From: Candidatus Cloacimonadales bacterium
GTDB lineage: Bacteria > Cloacimonadota > Cloacimonadia > Cloacimonadales > JAIOQZ01
DNA: 64,000 bases
Direction of reading: 5' to 3'
Assembly (NCBI GenBank): GCA_963674825.1
Contig: OY771587.1
Location: 2,912,001-2,976,000 of the forward strand
The notes beneath the pieces were generated by a model. It was not told where the DNA came from and did no database searches. It saw only the letters and a program-made list of their open reading frames with translations. Shown piece by piece: positions 59,129-64,000 of the stretch. How positions within the stretch are numbered: position 1 is the stretch's first letter; the number at the start of each line of letters is the position of its first letter. The position numbers and the translations under genes are program-made.

Positions 59129-59367
59129 CCCATCCCAACCTTCCCCTTTGAAAAAAGAGGAAGGAGCAGAAAGCGCTTTTTTCTTATACAAGTCACGTTG
59201 CATATTCGCCCGATCCCCTCGCGACGCCGTATAACACCACGTCTTCGAAGTGGATGAACACGGCTGCTCGGTCTCGAACGAATCTGCTGCGTGTGGTGTG
59301 GGGGGGCAAAGGGAACCCAGCGCTTACGCACTGGGCTAATCATGTTGGCGAACCGCTTATGCCAGCT
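59129..59367 (+). repeat. Composite palindromic intergenic repeat, copy 4 (F-spacer-A-B-C-E)
   Basis: Core 59200-59293 matches copy 1; E module 59316-59367; preceded by GTTACGAGTTACAAG. Confidence 0.9.
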
Positions 59368-59376
59368 TTAAAATGC

Positions 59377-59406
59377 TTGACATCAATTCATTTTGTTGCG
59401 GATAAT
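59377..59406 (+). promoter_or_regulatory. Sigma70-type promoter, probably giving a leaderless mRNA
   Basis: TTGACA-N18-GATAAT, 5 nt before ATG 59412; no SD. Confidence 0.55.
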
Positions 59407-59411
59407 TCATC

Positions 59412-60272
59412 ATGGAAACAAAGCTAAAGATTATCAAGGTCAACGAGGACGAAAAGACACCGGAGGAGGTGTATAAGTATCGGGATTTCGGGAACGAGTT
59501 TCACCGGAATATGATCCTGAAGAATGAGTTCTTTTTTGCTTCGCCAGTGCTGTTTAATGATCCGTTTGATCATGATTTTCAACCTATTTTCTCTGATGAA
59601 TATGCTCGAAAGCATACAATAGGCTGTCTCACATCAGGCCTAACGGATACCGACAGAGAGAGATACATCAAACACATAAATGATCCTGAAAATATCGCTA
59701 ATATACGTGTTGAAGTAGATAAGAAACATCGTAAGGTAATAAGGGACATGTACAGAGTTTTTTGTTCTTCGACCATCAAAGATAGTATTTCGCAGTGGTC
59801 GTATTATGCTAATGCTCATAAAGGTTATTGTGTTGAAATAGATATTGGAGCCTTGGTGGCACAATGCATTTCTTCATGGGGTGGATATGATGGTTTCTTA
59901 GCGTATGGTCCGGTTATGTGTGAAGATGTTTTTCCGTCTATTCACTTTGATAAAGTAAATGATAGAAGAAATGAATTTTTTGCGCCTTTCTTTCGCAAGG
60001 CAAAAACATGGGAAAACGAAGAAGAGTATAGATTTGTCTACCGCAGGGTAAGTGAGAAACCGACTCCCTCATATTTTATGGTGAATGATCAATTTGATGA
60101 GAACAGCATCATCACTGCTGTCTACTTCGGTTGCCGTTACAAAGAAAATGACGATTATGAGAACACAGTACAGCCAATCATCGACGCATGCAGACGGCGC
60201 AATATACCGATTTACGTCGCGTATCCAAATGACAGGGCGTACAAGCTGGATTTCCGGCCGCTGGAAGACTGA
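59412..60272 (+). CDS. DUF2971-family protein
   Basis: YKYR, ASPVLFNDPFD, QWSYYANAHKGYCVE, KAKTWENEEEYR, VYFGC; visibly AT-rich core. Confidence 0.85.
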   Translation: METKLKIIKVNEDEKTPEEVYKYRDFGNEFHRNMILKNEFFFASPVLFNDPFDHDFQPIFSDEYARKHTIGCLTSGLTDTDRERYIKHINDPENIANIRVEVDKKHRKVIRDMYRVFCSSTIKDSISQWSYYANAHKGYCVEIDIGALVAQCISSWGGYDGFLAYGPVMCEDVFPSIHFDKVNDRRNEFFAPFFRKAKTWENEEEYRFVYRRVSEKPTPSYFMVNDQFDENSIITAVYFGCRYKENDDYENTVQPIIDACRRRNIPIYVAYPNDRAYKLDFRPLED

Positions 60273-60319
60273 TCCAGTTTAGCTCGCCGGAGGTCGAGCG
60301 CTGCGAAGCGCATAGAGAC

Positions 60320-60371
60320 CCCAGCGCTTACGCACTGGGCTAATCATGTTGGCGAACCGCTTATGCCAGCT
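60320..60371 (+). repeat. 52-bp direct repeat identical to 59316-59367 (module E)
   Basis: CCCAGCGCTTACGCACTGGGCTAATCATGTTGGCGAACCGCTTATGCCAGCT at both sites. Confidence 0.92.
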
Positions 60372-60503
60372 CGGCTGGAAATTGGGATGAGAGATATTCG
60401 CGGAGATGGTTGGGGTATGCGTGCTCAAAAACTTTCTATTGACAATCCCAGGCTGAAAAGTCAAATGAATAACCTACACCAATTGTAATCACAGGAGTAA
60501 GAT

Positions 60504-61940
60504 ATGTCGAAACAGGTACGGGTACGATTCGCGCCCAGTCCAACCGGAATGCTGCACTTGGGCGGCTTGAGAACAGCGCTTTACGACTACGTTTTCGCGG
60601 CCCACAACAACGGTAAATTCATACTGCGCATCGAAGATACGGATCGCTCGCGGTTCGTGGAAGGCGCATTTGAGAACCTCGTCGATACGCTGGCGGATAT
60701 GGGATTGTCGTACGACGAAGGTCCGCTCAAGGGCGGTCCGTACGCGCCTTATGTGCAGTCGGAACGACTGGACATCTACCGGAAAGTAGCCGATCAGCTC
60801 GTCGAGCAGGGCGACGCCTATCCGTGCTTCTGCAGCAAGGAACGCCTGGAAGAGGTTCGCGCCGGACAGCAGGAACGCAAAGAGCACATCAAGTACGACG
60901 GCCACTGCCGCAACCTCACCAAAGAGGAGGCGCAGCGCCGCATCGATAACGGCGAAGAGCATGTCATCCGGCTGAAGATGCCGGAGGAAGGCTCGTATAA
61001 ATTCAGCGATCTGATCCGCGGCGAAGTTAGCATCGAGGCTGCACAGATCGACGATCAGGTCATCATCAAGTCCGATGGATTCCCGACCTACCACCTTGCG
61101 GCGATGGTCGATGACCACCTGATGGAAATCTCGCACGTTCTGCGTGGGGAAGAATGGCTCCCAAGTACGCCCAAGCACATCCAGATTTACCGCGCTATGG
61201 GCTGGGAAGAACCGATTTGGGTGCATCTTCCGCTCATCCTCAGCACCGAGAAAGGCAAGCTGAGCAAGCGTCACGGCGATTTCTCCGTGGGCGCGTTCGT
61301 GAAGAAGGGCTTCCTCAAAGAAGCGCTGATCAACTTCGTTGCGCTCCTGGGCTGGCATCCGTCGGAAGACAGAGAGATCTTCAGCCTGGAAGAGATGGTG
61401 CAAGACTTCTCGTTCGAGAAGGTGAACAAAGCCGGCGCGGTGTTCGATATGACCAAGCTGGAATGGATGAACGGCATGTACATGCGCAGCATTCCACTGG
61501 AATCACTCACCGAACGCGCACGGGAATGGTTTGTGGATGCCGGTATCGACCCGGGAACGGACGAGAAGCTCGCCAGTGTACTGGACACCGCGCGCGACTA
61601 TGCCACACTGATGCCGGAGCTGGTTGAACACGGTCGTATTTACTACGAGAAACCCGAATTCGACGATGAAAAGCTGGAAGTTCTTCGCAGCGAAGACTCG
61701 AAGAAGGTTTGCAGGTATATGATCGAGCAACTGTCACAAAAAGACGACTGGACGAAAGACGAAGTTGCGGAGATGGTCAAAGGTGGCATGAAAGCGCTCG
61801 AGCTCAAAGGCAAGGCCTATTATCCGCCGATCCGACTTTCGCTTATTGGTAAGCAACATGGGCCGGATATTCCGCGCATCGTTCATAGCCTCGGGTTGGA
61901 TGAGACCATCCGACGTTTCGAATACGCGTTGAATGTATAG
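60504..61940 (+). CDS. gltX: Glutamate--tRNA ligase
   Basis: RFAPSPTGMLHLGG, LRIEDTD, PTYHLA, RGEEWL, KLSKR. Confidence 0.97.
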   Translation: MSKQVRVRFAPSPTGMLHLGGLRTALYDYVFAAHNNGKFILRIEDTDRSRFVEGAFENLVDTLADMGLSYDEGPLKGGPYAPYVQSERLDIYRKVADQLVEQGDAYPCFCSKERLEEVRAGQQERKEHIKYDGHCRNLTKEEAQRRIDNGEEHVIRLKMPEEGSYKFSDLIRGEVSIEAAQIDDQVIIKSDGFPTYHLAAMVDDHLMEISHVLRGEEWLPSTPKHIQIYRAMGWEEPIWVHLPLILSTEKGKLSKRHGDFSVGAFVKKGFLKEALINFVALLGWHPSEDREIFSLEEMVQDFSFEKVNKAGAVFDMTKLEWMNGMYMRSIPLESLTERAREWFVDAGIDPGTDEKLASVLDTARDYATLMPELVEHGRIYYEKPEFDDEKLEVLRSEDSKKVCRYMIEQLSQKDDWTKDEVAEMVKGGMKALELKGKAYYPPIRLSLIGKQHGPDIPRIVHSLGLDETIRRFEYALNV

Positions 61941-61988
61941 CGTTTGATGTAAGATTGAAGGTAATGATTACTCAATAAAGGAGATACC

Positions 61989-62594
61989 ATGCATTTTAGA
62001 AGACTCATCGGTAAAAAAGTGTACCTTTCTCCATTGGATCCGAGTGACGCCGAAAAGTACACCGAATGGATCAATGATGCCGAGGTGCTGCAATTCCTCG
62101 CGATCAACCACAAGATTTACAACCTCGGTGTCGAACAAGACATCCTTGAGGAAAAAGCTCTGAATCAGGAACCGGCTTTCTCTATCGTCGATGCCACAAC
62201 CGAGAAGCTGATCGGAAGCTGCGATCTGCACCACGTCGATTACATCAACGGTACTGCCGAGATGGGCATCATGATTGGCGACAAGAACTATTGGAATCGC
62301 GGTTTCGGCGTAGATGCAACCAATCTTCTGCTTGATTACGCCTTTAACGTGCTCAACCTGACCAACGTGATGGTAATGGTCGATGGCTTCAACGAACGCG
62401 CACTGCGCTGCTTCGAGAAGGTGGGATTTAACCAGATCGGCAGCCGTCGTTCCGCCAAGAACCTCGCCGGGAAGTCCTACGACGTGATCTATCTCGACAT
62501 CCTCTCGGAAGGATTCGAGAGTCCGTTTGTCGTGAAAACCATCGAGAAGACGCTGAGCAAGCATAGCGGCGAGACGCTTCAGATTCTGGCCTGA
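61989..62594 (+). CDS. GNAT (RimJ/RimL-type) N-acetyltransferase
   Basis: AEMGIMIGDKNYWNRGFG, NERALRCFEKVGF. Confidence 0.9.
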   Translation: MHFRRLIGKKVYLSPLDPSDAEKYTEWINDAEVLQFLAINHKIYNLGVEQDILEEKALNQEPAFSIVDATTEKLIGSCDLHHVDYINGTAEMGIMIGDKNYWNRGFGVDATNLLLDYAFNVLNLTNVMVMVDGFNERALRCFEKVGFNQIGSRRSAKNLAGKSYDVIYLDILSEGFESPFVVKTIEKTLSKHSGETLQILA

Positions 62595-62600
62595 TAACCA

Positions 62601-63734
62601 ATGTCCCTTTTCGATCGCATACACGGGCAGGATCGAGCACTCTCGATCCTGCGGCATGCCGTGAAGGAGAACCGTTTTGCCCAAAGCTATCTCTTTCACG
62701 GTCCCCGCGGTGTGGGGAAAGTAACCAGCGCACTCTATTTCGGAATGGCGCTGAACTGCCTCTCTACGCGCGATAAGCGGCCATGTGGCACCTGCTCGTC
62801 GTGTAAAAAGTTTCTCTCCTTCTCGCACCCCGATTTCATCTACATCTTCCCGACGCCCAACCTGAACATCACGCCCGAAGGAGAGATCAAGAACACGAAA
62901 CTGCTGGCTGAATACCAGGCGTATATCGATAACCGTCGAGACACTCCGTGGAAGGAGTTTTTCTTTTCCAGCAACGTGGAGATCCGGCGCGATATGATCC
63001 TGATGCTTCAGCACTGGATCAGCATGTCGCCAAACGAAAGCCGCTACAAAATCTACATCATCGAGAACGCCGAGTTGCTCAACATCTCCGCCTCGAACAC
63101 ATTCCTGAAAACGCTTGAAGAGCCACCACCGGATACGGTGATCATTCTCACCACGACCAAGCCCGATTCGCTCCTGCCCACGATTCGTTCCCGCTGCCAG
63201 AAGATCGCCTTCCAGTCGGTTCCCAGAACCAATGTGGAGAAGATCCTGCAAAGCGAACGAGCGTTGGACAGCGTCGAGGCCAAGACTTATGCACGCATTG
63301 CCAACGGTGATGTGGAGAAAGCGCTTCAGTTGATCGAGGACGGCGGTATCGAGCTGCGGAAGATATCCCTTGATTTCATGGAGATCCTCGCAGCGAACGA
63401 CGACCTCGCCATGATCGATTTCCTGCGGCACCAACGCACAAAGCTCACGCAGGGCGCGCTGATCGACTTCATTTCCTACGTCAATCTATGGCTCGGTGAT
63501 ATCGCCTACTACAAGAACAATCCATCCGATATCGCCAACATCGATAAATCGGAGCTCTTCGATTTCTTCTATCGCAAGCAGCACGATGTCGATGAAAAGA
63601 TCAGCGTGATGGTAAAGGATCTCGATGAGCTCAAACGACGCGTCGAGGGTCATGTCAATCCGACGCTGATACTGACAGAGCTCTACCAATACCTGAGCCG
63701 GCAGTTCGGCTTTCATCGGGAGGCAGGTCAATGA
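62601..63734 (+). CDS. holB: DNA polymerase III delta' subunit
   Basis: YLFHGPRGVGK, C..PCGTCSSC, HPD, NTFLKTLEEPP, LLPTIRSRCQ. Confidence 0.9.
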   Translation: MSLFDRIHGQDRALSILRHAVKENRFAQSYLFHGPRGVGKVTSALYFGMALNCLSTRDKRPCGTCSSCKKFLSFSHPDFIYIFPTPNLNITPEGEIKNTKLLAEYQAYIDNRRDTPWKEFFFSSNVEIRRDMILMLQHWISMSPNESRYKIYIIENAELLNISASNTFLKTLEEPPPDTVIILTTTKPDSLLPTIRSRCQKIAFQSVPRTNVEKILQSERALDSVEAKTYARIANGDVEKALQLIEDGGIELRKISLDFMEILAANDDLAMIDFLRHQRTKLTQGALIDFISYVNLWLGDIAYYKNNPSDIANIDKSELFDFFYRKQHDVDEKISVMVKDLDELKRRVEGHVNPTLILTELYQYLSRQFGFHREAGQ

Positions 63735-64000
63735 CAGAAGTACGGTTAGTCGATATCAAAGAAGGGATGATCCTGGCGAAGGATATCTACACGCCGAAAG
63801 GCAAGATTCTGCTGCGGCACGGCTCGCGTCTGATGGATTACAGGGAGATGCTTTCGGCGCTTAACATTAAGCGCGTACTTGTCTTCGAAGAAGGCGACGA
63901 GGATATACCCGATACGATTCCCGAAGAAGATCGGAATGTGTTGTCACGCATGGTGATTCGGGATGTGGAGCAGGTCTTCAAATATTGCAAATACGATCCG
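63731..64000 (+). CDS. Partial CDS with an N-terminal domain of the type found on HD-GYP proteins (runs off right edge)
   Basis: ATGA overlap with holB; MTEVRLVDIKEGMILAKDIYTPKGKILLRHG. Confidence 0.6.
   Translation, partial: MTEVRLVDIKEGMILAKDIYTPKGKILLRHGSRLMDYREMLSALNIKRVLVFEEGDEDIPDTIPEEDRNVLSRMVIRDVEQVFKYCKYDP

Noticed and set aside
7149..60371. CRISPR array interpretation of the recurring repeats
   Set aside because: Copies are dispersed rather than tandem, the spacers are mutually homologous, and there are no cas genes in the window.
7083..60464. Short ORFs with recurring peptides (e.g. 7083-7358, 15612-16124, 20476-20682, 59116-59343, 60279-60464)
   Set aside because: Translations of the DNA repeats in inconsistent frames and strands, with no RBS.
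3393..63434. Long antisense ORFs (e.g. 3393-4532, 11125-12105, 22440-23366, 60489-61403, 61968-63434)
   Set aside because: They overlap well-supported genes on the opposite strand, show no recognisable motifs, and are expected from codon bias.

Overview
A roughly 50% GC, gene-dense window from a diderm anaerobe. PorU, several 'PNPFNP' T9SS-type C-terminal domains and the Nqr/Etf gene set suggest Candidatus Cloacimonadota or a related FCB lineage (inference). Most genes are housekeeping or energy genes: gdhA (partial), a membrane PPase with an apparent Na+,H+ signature, an nqrBCDEF-like operon lacking nqrA, ispG, queE, etfA, ddl, folB/folK, fbaB, porU, maf, lptF/G, gltX and holB. Five things stand out. 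(1) A composite palindromic intergenic repeat of about 170-340 bp occurs in 4 copies, always just 3' of and co-oriented with a gene. It has an exchangeable central hairpin and a fixed 29-nt divergent spacer; its 3' module also flanks an AT-rich DUF2971 gene as a perfect 52-bp direct repeat, and a REP-flanked RAYT transposase broken by a microhomology deletion lies nearby. (2) A four-gene module (exported protein, FecR-domain protein, OM beta-barrel, CHASE2 cyclase) looks like a trans-envelope cyclic-nucleotide signalling system. (3) A TPR-sensing sigma54 activator is followed by repeated boxes, an IHF-like site, a -24/-12-like element and a 67-aa ORF. (4) A canonical sigma54 promoter precedes a protein made only of a signal peptide and a T9SS-type CTD. 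(5) A T9SS cargo gene has a GC-rich CTD fused to an AT-rich passenger. No rRNA, tRNA or CRISPR array was seen. All calls come from motif recognition; no searches were run.
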